A stretch of DNA of 37,845 bases, taken from Atractiella rhizophila. Taxonomy: Eukaryota. The stretch lies in NCBI GenBank assembly GCA_021432655.1, contig MU271524.1, positions 1 to 37,845 of the forward strand. Reading direction: 5' to 3'. The notes beneath the pieces are model-generated. The model was not told the origin of the DNA, did not search any database, and saw nothing but the letters and a program-made list of their open reading frames with translations. The first letter of the stretch is position 1, and each line of letters opens with the position of its first letter. The position numbers and the translations under genes are program-made. Positions 22,013-34,103 of the stretch are shown one piece after another.

Positions 22013-22146
22013 TCATCTTGCCACCAACTTTGATGCGTTTTCGAGTCCATCCATAATGTTGACGGCCGCTTTGATCTGCATAAATGCGCCAGTATGGTCG
22101 AAGTATTCTCGAGGCATTTCATTCAATAATCCAAAAATTACGACGA
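22013..22146 (-). pseudogene. Paralogous C-terminal fragment of the 22355 gene
   Basis: VVIFGLLNEMPREYFDHTGAFMQIKAAVNIMDGLENASKLVAR* aligns without gaps to VIITGLLNEMPREYIEHLGSYLEVKRTINVMTGVESAPRCVAK*. Confidence 0.8.
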
Positions 22147-22354
22147 TTCAAATCACGGCTGTGTATATCTTATGTAACAAACCTACTTCTTGCGTACTGT
22201 CTATCCTAGGCGCACTCTTTACACCCTAGGATTTGATCGCCAGACTATCAATAATGAATAACATACAGGTGACCGCCATGACTTGATTACAAGCATGTGT
22301 ATGTGAAAACAGAATGCTTTCAAGCGAAAGACTTCGTCTTTTATCTACATTGAT

Positions 22355-23050
22355 TCATTTTGCCACACATCTTGGTGCACTTTCCACTCCGGTCATAACA
22401 TTAATTGTCCTCTTCACCTCAAGGTAGGAACCTAGGTGCTCTATGTATTCTCGAGGCATTTCATTCAGTAATCCAGTGATGATGACGCCGGCCCACCATG
22501 GAGACAGACCGAACGGGTCCTGCGGAGGAGAACCTGCCCAACGTATAGATTCAAATTGGCCGGTTCTACAATGCCACATCAGACGATATCGATTTGGCAC
22601 AACGTTTGGGTCCCCGAAAAAGTGGCACTTCGCAGTGCGTTCTTCGTCCAAAAGACTGTGCAAGTCGTCTACCTCTTGTGTTGTGTAAAATTCTGGAAAG
22701 ACGTCGGCCAGCAGAACTCGACGCACTCTGCGCGAACCTAGAACAGGGACGCCATCTCGTCGCTGCCAAGTAATGCCTGATGAACTAATCAGCATCCAAC
22801 AAAATGACAGAGTTTACAAACCTTTCAGCTGCTTCGTCTGCGACGATGTCCTGGGATATTCCCCCATCTCATCGCAGTCCTGTCAGTAAATCAGTTCACA
22901 TATTCGTATTCGTGATTATGGCGCCATACATTTGAGCTCAAATTGCTCGATTGGCGGTTAGTAATCGTTTTCCGGCACGAAACCCGGCCATCCTTGGAAC
23001 ATGTCGAGCCACTTGCACAGGAATTAATCATTTTGGTTCATAATGTTCAT
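22355..23050 (-). pseudogene. Hypothetical gene, probably pseudogenised in its 5' exons
   Basis: Intact last exon (..LLADVFPEFY..GLLNEMPREYIEHLG..CVAK). Upstream exons with canonical introns read MNIMNQND*FLCKWLDMFQGWPGFVPENDY*PPIEQFELK and contain further TGA stops and a frame mismatch. Confidence 0.45.
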
Positions 23051-23467
23051 CGTTTTGAGGTTTATAGGCAACCAGCTCGCCTGAACTGGCAGTAACGGTT
23101 GCATTGTTACTTTCGAGGGGCGCATTGTGGGAAATGCGACTATGAGTCACACAAAGTGGACCAGTTTATTTGGTTGCTTGTTGTAACGCATCATTCATCG
23201 GAAGCATCGGATGCTGCCAGATTATCATATTTAATCATCTTCCCAGGAAATCGTGAGTGTTCTCCTGGTCAGGCCAGACCATCGGTGTTATCAGCCCTCA
23301 TGGAGTGATATCAATTCTCCAGCTTCCTTTCATAGAATTTCTTTTCGTTTCATAAATATATGACAACATATCACGTCATAATATTATTCAACAATTGTTG
23401 ACTAAAAGAGGAATTCTACCTCAACCCCATCTCCCCAAGCTTGGGAAGGCCCGAATGTTTTTTTGGA

Positions 23468-23915
23468 TTATTCTTCTTGCTTAAAGGACACTGTCATTGC
23501 TGTGAGGATGAAATTAGTATACTACTCACGATGCATGTTACTCCTTGGCCTTTCCGGACCATAAATAGGTTCTACGCCTTCTCGAAAACCATACTTGTTT
23601 CCTGCAGCAGGATTTGCTTCAGCCTGACTGATGTACTTTTCGTGCATTCGTTCTTGCAAGTCTCGATCGTAACGACTCCCCCTTGGCCTTGGAAATGTGG
23701 AAGATGTCCAAGGGTATAGTGGGGCATCATCCTCTTCATAATGAGGGTGTACATTCGGATCATGAATTCTGCCGTTAGCCAATGGGACGACTGCTTTACG
23801 CGCCACCCTGCAGGTGTATGATGAACCAACAGGACAGAAAACAGGTACAAACGAACCATCTCTTGGATTTGGTAATCCTACTTGAGTAAAGCGGATGCAG
23901 GTTGATCCAAGGCAT
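23468..23915 (-). CDS. Small hypothetical protein (~120 aa, 3 exons)
   Basis: Splice model MPWINLHPLYSSRITKSKRW|VARKAVVPLANGRIHDP...PRSNMH|LSFKQEE* using gttcgt..cag and gtgagt..cag introns. Confidence 0.55.
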
Positions 23916-24535
23916 TTTTGATGTTTCGATAATCAGACTTGGAAGAGTACCAGGGTAGGAGCCTCTTTTTCTCGCACTTCGGGTTTGGAGGGGGGCGAAA
24001 CATCAGAAACAGCTTTTATGCCCACTTCTATGGGACTGCTGCGTATAAAGAAGTGTCCTGCAAACACTACTAGTCAAGATCTGTCTGGTGCCACGAAGGG
24101 CTCACCCGCGAGATCCCTTTGTTCAACGAAGGGTTTGTACCTTGTAGCTTTGTAGTAGTGGACTGTTCCGTTATCTAGGTTCATGAGATCCCTTTATCCA
24201 ACAAGGGCTTGTGACTTGTCCGCTTTGCAAGAAAATTTGGCAGTTCTCCATCTCGAGTCTAAAAAACGTTTTGTCGAGACCCCTTACTATTGAGGACAAT
24301 CTAACCTATACCTACTGAGTTTGTCATTGCGAACGTTCAGACATAGGGGGATGTCGCAGATGATTATTGCACAATGAAATGAATGCACTCAGCCTACTAG
24401 AATATCAATGGGTAATCAAATGCTTCGCTCTCCCGTGATACTTTTAACAACTTTTCCTTGAAGTGTCGCTAGTACAGCAGCGAAAAGAACGAGAAACAGC
24501 TGAATTCACGCTTTCAGCTCCGCATCAGAAAAAGT

Positions 24536-26203
24536 TTACTCCATTTTCTTTCGAGGAAAACTCCCGCTTGCACCGTCTGGTAAATCACTCGTGATTTTCT
24601 CCATCTTACTTTCGTACCTCTTCTCCGGTTTCAGCTCGCCGCAGGCGTAGGCATGCTGCCGCTTCTCAAGATCTGCAATGCCCCTACAATGAGAAATTTT
24701 CCTGTGCAGCGAGATTGGAGACCGAACCATGAGCCCACATTGCCGCTCTTTTTATGCGAGTTAGTATGCTCATTATCAAGCCTTGAAGAGGAACGAACCC
24801 AATACGATTGCTGTCACCATTAATCCCCTTAGGAAAAACATGTAGGAAAAAGGGAGAACAAACCTGACTCCAAACACGATTCCCAACACAGGCACCCTCT
24901 CCAACAGGGCCGCCACAAAGCCAAAAGTTCGGTATTCAGTCTGGCGTTCGACGACGAAGAGCTCGCGCTGAAAGTCGCTGCAAGTTACCTCATCAGATGA
25001 ATTGTGGAAACAAAAAAGCAGGAAAAGGATGAAATGAGCACCTCATGCCTTTTGCCTTGAAAAACTAGGAGAGGAAGTCAGAGAGCTCTCAAATAAACGG
25101 GCAAAGAGAGATGTACAGGCTCGTGTAAGATCTTGCCCAGGGTCTACAAGTGACGGTCAAACATGCAAAGGGGATAAAGTGACGGACCAAGCTCTTAATG
25201 CCCGCTCCAATAACAAGTCCCAGAAAGGGAATGAAATTCAGCGGGATGAGGGCAACTGTATCCAATCTATCAGTATCATTTGCAAGTTCAGGAATGATGA
25301 CGACTCACATTTCAGCCCGTAGCGTACCAACGGTCCAGATAGCTTTGTATAGAAACTGATTTTCTGCTTCGCGTGTTCTGCTCTCCTCACCGGCGGCAGA
25401 GCCCATTCTTCAATGTATGGACCCCAGAAAGCTGTACGACGTTTAGATAGCCGTGTTGTACCAGGAGAAGGTGAAAGACATACAAGCATCCTTCCCCCTA
25501 CTTGCCACGGTGCTGTGGTACGCTTCTTCCCTCGCCTTCCCCAGTGTACGGGAGAGGAAGAACTGTATGAGAAAGCCGGCTTGCCCAAGCACGAGGAGGA
25601 GGGAAGCGTAAGTTTGCACCCTGGCATCCGCATTCAGTTCAGCATAAGAGTGACCAAAAAGGGGACAAAGAGTTGGACGAACGGGACACGAAAAAAGGTG
25701 GCATCTTCGGAGTAGGAAAACAGGGATGTGGAATTCATGAAGAACCGGACGTAAAATCTTGTCACCAAGAAGCTACCGTGAGTAACCCTTCTTTGATTGG
25801 GAAAAGCTGTACCGCGTCCAGGGGTAAGCTATGACGCTCTGCATCATTTTCATTAGCATAACCTACGGAAGAAATAGACAGCTTACCCAAACCGCAGCTA
25901 TCATTGCCCCTTTCTTTATGGCTCCAGCGAGATGGACCCTGTCATCGGCATTGAGTTTCTGCAGCATGCGTCATGACTAGAGAAGGAATAGCACATGATA
26001 GGTCCTCTGATTTTGGGGTCATTGACGAGACGGTATACGCCAACTGACCGGCCTTCAGCGTTATTCTGCGCTCGAAAGGAGCAAAACACATACCGATGCA
26101 ATAAGCAGGAGGGAAGTTGAGCAGCTCTTGTGGCTTCAGAAGTTATACGTCACATCATTCCAGAACATTGGAAAAACTACCAGTAAAGCATGTGACGCAC
26201 CAT
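24536..26203 (-). CDS. EI24/RRT8(LDS)-family membrane protein, multi-exon
   Basis: FPPAYCI|VGVYRLVNDPKIRGP at the N-terminus; EYRTFGFVAALLERVPVLGIVFG; GMWAH|DLEKRQH at the C-terminus. Start uncertain (ATG-only first coding exon proposed). Confidence 0.65.
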
Positions 26204-26655
26204 GATGAAGGGTCTAAAGCTGAGGATGCACCTAGAAGGAAGGCTTCGCGTACAGTATTGTAGAGACACTTTCCCGGCCTTGGTTGTTGCCTGAAATAGA
26301 GTAACGGTGCAGGTGACTGAAGCAGTATCTGGTGACCACCTGAGGGGATGGAAACGGTGTTGCAGCTGGTTTGAGCCAAAAAGAGGAGTGAGATGTCCTT
26401 ATCGTCAAATGAAGTGGAGGCGAGTTGAAATGTCGCGGCCGCGGCAAGGTCTTTGCAGGCAGAAGTCACGTGTTGTGTCATTTGTTTCTTCGAGGCGGTC
26501 AAAAGAAGAGTCGTCAGAGTCTGAGTGAACCTCACACAAGTCGAAACCAGTGGAATTGAGTGGGGCTTCAGTAACAGACTCTCATGCCTGCCTAGAAATT
26601 TGGTCTCAACAAAAATGATGGTAAATTTCAAGTTCCTAAATAGGCTTCCAGCCTC

Positions 26656-27629
26656 TCAACTCCCCATGAAGCAGGTAAACATATTGGGCTCATTGTGCCG
26701 CTCAACTTTGGCGAACCCTTCGAAAAAGACGTGATCTCCCATCTTTCAACCAAACATCAGGAGTTAGTTCAAAGGAAGAGAGCGGTAGGCTGACCAAATG
26801 TTGCACTGTCGGCCGGTATACTAACTGTAGCTCGTGCGCTCTTTGCTTTACCAACGCTCCAGGAGAATCGAAGTCGATTCGTGTGCCGTCCACTTGTTGC
26901 ACATAGTGAAAGAGTTCGTTACCGTCGAGCGGTCGTCTCAAACTACAGCGATACACTTTGTATTAGACTTTGGCAACGACGCTGGGAAAGAAACGTACAA
27001 ACGACAAACACATTCCGCCGCATCCAAGAGAGTCACCCCGCTGTCATTTTCAACCCGCATCACTCCATAACGTTTGTAAGTGAAATTGAACCGTACTATG
27101 GGATCTTTGCAGATTCCCACCATCGTACAGAAGGCAGGAGGGTGAGATATTAGAGGAGTGAAATCGTCCCGAGAAAGTGTGAAAAGTTGCCATTTTTCTA
27201 CAGATGCGTAGTTCGAGGCTGAGATTTCTTTCCCATGCGTAAAATCTGGCTCTTCAGTTAACGGAGGGATGGAACCTAACGTTTTCATAACATCAGATGG
27301 GAGCGAGGCAAACAGAGTATCAAGCACGAACGAAGATCCAATTCTTGAAGACGTTTGCACAATCCTACTCCTTCGCATCTTTCTAGGTGATGCGCCAATC
27401 CACTAGCAACTTCCCTCCAGTTCAAGCGCGCATACTTCAACGGCCTGCTCAGGCTCGCTTTCGTACAGAGTAATCGCCAGAAATTCTCATCGTAGAATGC
27501 TCGGAACTGAGCACATGTCTGGGAGAGCCAGATGTGACTGCTAAAGGACAGAAAACTGGTGCGAAGTAGGAGATGTAGCTCGACGGGGAGAAAAAGGAAC
27601 GGCGAGTTTTGAACCTGCCGAGTGTTCAT
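26656..27629 (-). CDS. F-box domain protein, multi-exon
   Basis: FLFLPVELHLLLR..LSQTCAQFRAFYDENFWRLLC. Downstream exons lie in ORFs 26938-27378 and 26702-26956; terminal exon FEGFAKVERHNEPNMFTCFMGS*. Confidence 0.7.
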
Positions 27630-27878
27630 GGGATCGGAAAGGTGATCAAGTTAAGATTGCACGAAATCAAACTCCTTTTTCCTTTATTGTCGCCGCGAAC
27701 CCAGGCTTAATCAAGGCAGACTTGATGTAAGGTTCCGACAAACAGACACTCTGCTGCGGAAGAGAAATTCACGTTCTTTTCGTCGCTCACGCAAAAGTAA
27801 AGCTACATCCAGGAGCAAAGAGACTGGTGAGCAGGTTTCAGAAAAAGTGCGACGAGATTCAAAACTGTGGGGTACGAA

Positions 27879-28857
27879 ATGTCTAAAGGTGGGGCTGCAC
27901 TGGGGTTCCTGTTCAGTCATAAACTGACACGTGCACCTTGGCGCAGAACTGGTCTTCGACTTTCTCTCCTATGTGGACCCAACCAAACCATCTTTCCAGC
28001 TCTGTATCGCGAGTTGTATCTTTAATCCCCTTTTCTGGAATATCATAGCCCGTCAAGGTGATGACTTCACGCTCCTCACAGCTCAAAACTGAACGAATGT
28101 GGACAGAATTTCACAAGAAGATTCTCACGAAACTGTTTGGAGGTCCTTATACCGGATGTTATGCGTTGGCGGTCACTATTTTCTCTCTCGGAATCTTGCG
28201 CGACTACTTGTGCGTCTCTTCTGTTCTTTCCAATGCAGCCGAATTGCGACTAAGCTGAGTTGCACAGGTATCGTGAAGCGCTGCTCGAGCAGCCATCGCA
28301 CCCTCTGCTGAAGGATCCCATACTCCAACTGTACGGCTCCTACGCTTGCCTGGGACTTGGAAGCATCTTTGTCCTCAGCTCTATGTGGGCGTTGGGGGTG
28401 ACGGGAACTTATTTGGGAGACTACTTTGGGATCTTGATGGATGTGTGTTTCTCTATTTACGCTAACTCCTCCCTGCTTTGAGTACTGTACTGAGAAAGAG
28501 TGATGGATGAACAGTCAAAGGTTGAATCCTTTCCCTTTAACGTTACGAACAACCCTATGTACTACGGAAGCACACTCAATTTCTTGGGCACTGCTCTGAG
28601 GTACGTCATCCTATCCCATCTTCGGATGTCAACTCATGAACCGGCGATTGTTGCAGGTATGCCTCTCCGTCAGGGATCCTCATCAGTCTCTTCGTGTTCG
28701 TACTGTACAAAATCGCATTACGGTTCGAAGAGTGCGTGTTTCGTCCACCTCTTTCCCTTGACTGCCGTTCGATGTACTGAGGGACACGATGGTTAGACCT
28801 TTCACCATTGGGATCTATGAGGCAAGGGAGAAGGAACGCCAGAAGCGACAACAGTGA
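27879..28857 (+). CDS. OPI3: Phosphatidyl-N-methylethanolamine N-methyltransferase (PEMT class II), multi-exon
   Basis: FNPLFWNIIARQ|EFHKKILTKLFGGPYTGCYALAVTIFSLGILRD; SSMWALGVTGTYLGDYFGILMD; FPFNVTNNPMYYGSTLNFLG; ALRFE|EPFTIGIY. Confidence 0.95.
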
Positions 28858-29340
28858 TACCGTTTCTCCAGACCGCCCGACTCACGAACGTTACGCCTAT
28901 CACTGCCTCCCTTTTAAAACATGACACGTTCAACAACGCACTTTTTGAGCTCTCGTTCAACACGCAGCATCAGCATTCCTCCTCGCAATTTAAGATCAGA
29001 AGAACAAACATACACTTCTTATACTTTTCTTTCACGTAGATAGGATTTTGAAAAAGGAAGAGAAAAAGTATTGTTTTCAATTGCTTTTCTAGAAGTACAA
29101 TGGCAGGAATAAATACCAGCATATTCTAAACACAAAGATTTTGGGAGATATTCACAAACGAAATTCAGAACGCAGAAGAAAGAATACGATGAAGCTGGGC
29201 TGGGCACTAACAGAAACTGTGGACGGCAAGTATATATCGAGCAAACCATGCTATTTTGAATGTCAGACGCATCATGATGAAACCTATCTCGTAAGTATAT
29301 ATGTGAAACGAACCTCCAACCGGAATGATTGTAATGCATA

Positions 29341-30326
29341 TCAGTTGGTGGGTGTGGGTGTGAGAAGCCTCACTCCTCTGAGGCCATGAAACATGGTGCT
29401 CCTCTCTGCGGACATTGTCCTCTTGACCACCATTCGAACCTTCTTGCTGACATCCTGCATCAACGCTTCAGGTTCAGACCACGCTCCGACTTTCTTCAAG
29501 TTCTCAATGTGTTCTCGTCGTCGCTTTCTCGCTCTTTCCTCTTCAGCCTTCGGTTTCGAAGGAGGGGAAGCAAGATGTCGACGTTCCTCTTCCGCTGCTT
29601 TCTCTCTCTCCATCTCCCTCACCCTCTCCAACTCTTTCTTCCTTAGTCTTTCGATCTCCAAAGAGTCCTCGAACTCTTCCTCCATTTCCTTCACGATGGC
29701 TTCCAGATCCTCGTACGGTAATCGGATCTGCCAATTGAGCAAACGGAAGAGTGTGAGTTCCATCTCGTTCACTTCCCAGAGGGTGAACAGGTCGCGAGCC
29801 GCCGTGGTGAAAGCAGGATTGTCGTAGCAATCGTCGGCGGTATATTTCATTGCGAGCATCATGGAAGAGAGGAAAAGACAATGGTGGAAGAGGGAGGGAA
29901 AGGGAGATCGCAGAGAGTTCCCGCTGAAGGAATAGCGAGCGGAGACGCGACGGAGGAGGTGGAGGGAATGAAAAACTGCCGAGTTTGGCAGGGCGGTGCG
30001 GACTAGAAACCAGGCCTGCTCGCCCGTTATTGTATCGTGAGATTGTTTGTCGACGGAAACGAAAAGGAGAAAAAGAACGCACGATCCATTCTGATAGGAC
30101 CGGAGCAGGCGGTGCCAGTACACACCCAGTCCCAAACGATGGGGCGACGTTCGAGATATCGTCGATGAAGCCGGGATGATTAAGAGGGACTTTGAAGAGT
30201 GTCTTGACAGTATCCGCCGCATAAATTGCGATGTCTATCCTCGCCTTCCTTTAGCTTCCGTTCTTCAAGTGATAAAAGAAAATTGAAAGAAGGAGAAAAG
30301 TGAGGACCACGCACCTCCTTTGCCAT
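29341..30326 (-). CDS. Pho85-type (Pcl/Clg1-like) cyclin; start uncertain
   Basis: PPAPVLSEWI|AWFLVRTALPNSAVFHSLHLLRR..FLSSMMLAMKYTADDCYDN..FTLWEVNEMELTLFRLLNWQI cyclin box, then a charged coiled-coil tail. Confidence 0.85.
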
Positions 30327-31646
30327 AATGGTCGTCCATGCAAGTGTTTTCCATCTTCTGAACCTGGCTAAGTGAGGAAAACAGGGAGCAAAGGCGAACC
30401 TCAGTGGCAAAAATAGGAGGTGAAAGGAGGGATTTAGAATGGGATGTCGGTTTTAAGGGGTCCAAATGGGATACGCTTGGATGGGCGATCGATGACAAAA
30501 TATTGTTCTCAAGCTCCGAAGGAACGATTACCTGTCCAGAAAACCGAGCTCGTTACATCACTCGAGGAGCAAGCGTTGTTGGTCCTTCGATCCCAGGACA
30601 GACCTTTTAGGCTTTCTGCAGCTGCAGAACATTAACTCTACCCGCCCTTCTTCAATCTTCTAGCCTGTTTTGTCTTATCGATGGAGATGAAATTGGGTGA
30701 AAGCTCGATGGAGAAATAAAGCATAAACTTGACGTCTGGAGGAAAATCCCAAGCTGTGTCTTTGGGATTGAAGATTTGAGAAGGTTGACAAGAATTACGT
30801 CGAGGAGAATCTATGATGTAATGACTTACCCCACTCCTGGAACCTGTGGGAAAGTGTTTTGCGTCGAGATCTCCAAGGAACTGAGGATGAGAGCAGCAAG
30901 GGTATCTCCTACCAACAGGCACTACTGGCATTATATGTCGTACGATGGCTCCAAGCTAGGCAAAGGTCACAATGACCCAAAGCTCGCGGGGCCAAAACTG
31001 GGTGACTTCAGCGTCTGGCATCAATTTGATGGACATCAATCGATTTCAAAACGTCCTCTGAAGAGTGCAACACAATTCCACTGCCATAAAATGGGACAGA
31101 GAAGGGATGAACACACTGCGATCGACTAGTAGCGTATGCCGACTCAACAGCCAGGAAACACCGAATCTTAGATGGAAAGACGCGTTGAATCGGCCTCCCT
31201 GAGGCGCGTCATTCAGTCATAATGCCTCCTTTGCTCCGTTGGGCACCCTAAACTGAAGGCGCAATAATTCAACAAATTTTTGGTGAAGTCAAATTTGCCC
31301 CCAAAAACGTGTCCCCACGCAGCAAACCAGCGCTCAGCGTTGAACAGCGGGAAATTGGAGACGAGAACTCGCATAGGGTACCTTGACACAGATACCACTG
31401 GTTCTAAGAGAGCTATGGGAAAGAAATGGGCAGGGGTGGCAAATTTAGAACGAAAGCAAACTTTGTTTTCAAATGAGCAATGTCTTTCCGCAGCATTCTA
31501 CGAACCTTGTCCATGCAAGATCTGAGCGCAATTTACCTTAGTGCTCTGCAGAGTCTGGCTATAAAAGCTAAGGTACTCTCATGTTGGGACATTGAAACTG
31601 CCTGGTAGTTGTCTACAGCGCGTAGTTACTGGTTTTACTGCTGACC

Positions 31647-33257
31647 ATGAAGAACAGAACCACCAAAATGACCCAGGACGAGTTGCCAATTCCAAACGAA
31701 CTCTTATCTGAGATTCTAGAACTTGTATGGCACTCTTACCGCGATGGAGATTCAGAGAATCTCGCTTACAAGCAGCCCAACAATGGCCAAAAGATCTGGC
31801 GCGAGTTCGGCTCTCTCTCCCTCGTCCGTAGGCTCTGGTTCCCCATCATCCAGTCCCTCTTACTGTCGGACATTTCTTTCGTCTGCCACGGACCTGATAA
31901 TGACGACTTGCAACGCATCGCGGATAGGCTTGCTCTCTGCTCCCAGTTTCTGCATCAGAATCCCGAACGACGATCTTGGATAAGAAGGATCACTTGTATT
32001 GACGTCCCACTCCATTTTCCCATACTGCAACGTCCTCCAACACCTTTGGACGCCTTGATAGGGTTGTGCACGATGCTTCGAGAGCTGTTCATTGATGGAA
32101 AGACTCTCAAGCCCGTACTTCCCCTCCTTCCTAATCTTCAACGGTTGCAGATCCACGGACCGTGCGGTCAATCAATCTTACAAGTGGTACCTCGGTTACT
32201 CGAGTTCGGAGAGCTTAGACACCTTGATGTCGAAGATATCACCTTTCCCAGCTCTACCCTCAACTTCGGCGACTTCCCGCAATTCAGCGTGTTCAAGTTT
32301 TTTTCATTGCGTTCATATGTGCCGTCTACGGAAGGACAACCCGATATTGCGCATCAACAGAAAGAGCCGCTTCACAATTTCCTCTTTCCGAGCTTGAAGT
32401 GCCTCACAACCTTTGACTGGGACGAGCAAATGTTCGCGTACATTCCCGATGCCATCACTTTCCTCCAAACCTTTTCTAATTCTATCACCCACATGACAGT
32501 CCATGGAGTTCAAAAGCTGTCCAAAGTCCCTTTCTTGCCCAATCTCCGAAGCTTAGGGCTCATTGGATGCCAAAATGCGAAGCTTCAAGAGGTCGTTCCC
32601 CTCCTTCACTCCTCAACTCAACTAGAACATCTGCACCTTTCTTCACTACAGATCTCGGCAGATGAACCCGAACATAACAGCTCTTTCTCCCTCCACTCCC
32701 TTTCTCTCATTAACTTTGACCCAACGCTCAACTCCAGTTCAAAAGTCGATGCCTATTTCAAAGGCTGCCTGTCCGAACGGCTCGACTTCATCTCCCTCCG
32801 TTCTCCCGGATTGGCATTCGACTTCATACCCAAGAGTCACGTCCGCGCCATGATCCTGGACGGAAACGTTCCACTGGACGAACAGAAGAGCCTCATCCGC
32901 GCCAGTCCTAAGCTTCAGCGCCTGCAGCTCGTTCCGCAGGCGACGGTTGATCCGTCTCTGCTGCAGTTGTACAGCGAAACGGACATCGCACACCTAGCGC
33001 TCGCATGGCATGGTCTAGCCGAGAGCTCCCACGCCTATTTCGCGGTCCAGAAGCTTGCGACACTGTTGCATGACGGCGGGTTCAAGGCACTGCGCTTGCT
33101 GGAGATCTTTCGTCCTTCTTTCTCCACTTTTGAGGTCCAATCTGCAGCATCTAGGGCTCGATTCTTGAATGCTGGAGTGAAGGTTCGGATCCTAGACGTG
33201 GGTGAGAGGAACGAGACGTGGACACCCTCCGTTTTGAACTCGCCAATCTCTTTCTGA
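31647..33257 (+). CDS. F-box-like / LRR(RNI)-like protein, intronless ORF
   Basis: LPIPNELLSEILELV..LSLVRRLWFPIIQSLL, then LRR motifs (LRELFI, LPNLQRLQI, LRHLDV, LPNLRSLGL, LEHLHL). TATAAAA at ~31560. Confidence 0.8.
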   Translation: MKNRTTKMTQDELPIPNELLSEILELVWHSYRDGDSENLAYKQPNNGQKIWREFGSLSLVRRLWFPIIQSLLLSDISFVCHGPDNDDLQRIADRLALCSQFLHQNPERRSWIRRITCIDVPLHFPILQRPPTPLDALIGLCTMLRELFIDGKTLKPVLPLLPNLQRLQIHGPCGQSILQVVPRLLEFGELRHLDVEDITFPSSTLNFGDFPQFSVFKFFSLRSYVPSTEGQPDIAHQQKEPLHNFLFPSLKCLTTFDWDEQMFAYIPDAITFLQTFSNSITHMTVHGVQKLSKVPFLPNLRSLGLIGCQNAKLQEVVPLLHSSTQLEHLHLSSLQISADEPEHNSSFSLHSLSLINFDPTLNSSSKVDAYFKGCLSERLDFISLRSPGLAFDFIPKSHVRAMILDGNVPLDEQKSLIRASPKLQRLQLVPQATVDPSLLQLYSETDIAHLALAWHGLAESSHAYFAVQKLATLLHDGGFKALRLLEIFRPSFSTFEVQSAASRARFLNAGVKVRILDVGERNETWTPSVLNSPISF

Positions 33258-33563
33258 AGATTAGGTGCAAGTTGAAAGATAGAGTGCTGCACCGTCTCTC
33301 CACTTTGTTTGTCTCGTTCATTTGTGTGTGATGGACGTGGGAAGCTGAGCATTGATACAGAATCCGTGCCATGCAAGATATCGTTTCCTCATCCCATCGG
33401 AGCTCGTGGCGCCCAAAGGCGTGGGAACAAAGGGAACCAAGGTTTGGTCTTTGCCGCATCTTTCAACTTTGGCATTCTTGTGTTTCAAACGCCGCTATTT
33501 AAGACGCGTCCATGCATCCAAGAAAACAACTTCTCCATCCACTCCTCTAACAAGTCAAACAAC

Positions 33564-34103
33564 ATGACCAGCTTCCTCGATTTCGATGATGAAGTTTACA
33601 CCGACTGTTCCTCCCAGTATTCGATCGACCTCACGTCCACCTTTGACGATGACCACAGCGGTGATATGTCATCCCCTTCGATTCAATTCTCTTTCCAAGA
33701 TTTCTCGCTTGAGTCCTTCGCTCTCCCTCGCGCTTCCATCCACACGGAGCGCTCTCCAGCTCGTTTAGGGTATCACGAGGATACGTACCCCTCTTACGCT
33801 CTCGAGGAGGACCATGCCGCAAAGTCGAAGGGGAGATTGCGACACAAGTTCTCCTCGGCCTTCTCTAAAATCTTTCAAAAAAGCAACAAGCTGTCGCCGT
33901 TCAGAAAACAGGTCCCGCCTGAAGAATCTCATATCGTTTCCACACTCCCTCGTCGTTCCATCTCGCAACCCAATCTTCGCCTCGAGCTGTCCGGGCACAG
34001 ACAGTCTCAGGATGTTTACAGTCCCACATCTACGTATTGCGACGATCACACAACTCAGTCTTCGTACGCATTCCATTTCCACGCCTACATGATCACGTTT
34101 TGA
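33564..34103 (+). CDS. Ser/Asp-rich hypothetical protein (~179 aa)
   Basis: ATG in AACAACATG context inside ORF 33309-34103 (MTSFLDFDDEVY..RRSISQPNL..). No known domain recognised. Confidence 0.55.
   Translation: MTSFLDFDDEVYTDCSSQYSIDLTSTFDDDHSGDMSSPSIQFSFQDFSLESFALPRASIHTERSPARLGYHEDTYPSYALEEDHAAKSKGRLRHKFSSAFSKIFQKSNKLSPFRKQVPPEESHIVSTLPRRSISQPNLRLELSGHRQSQDVYSPTSTYCDDHTTQSSYAFHFHAYMITF

Noticed and set aside
30776..31129. ORF with VWHQF, faintly like a Pif1/Helitron helicase segment
   Set aside because: No other helicase motifs; too little support.
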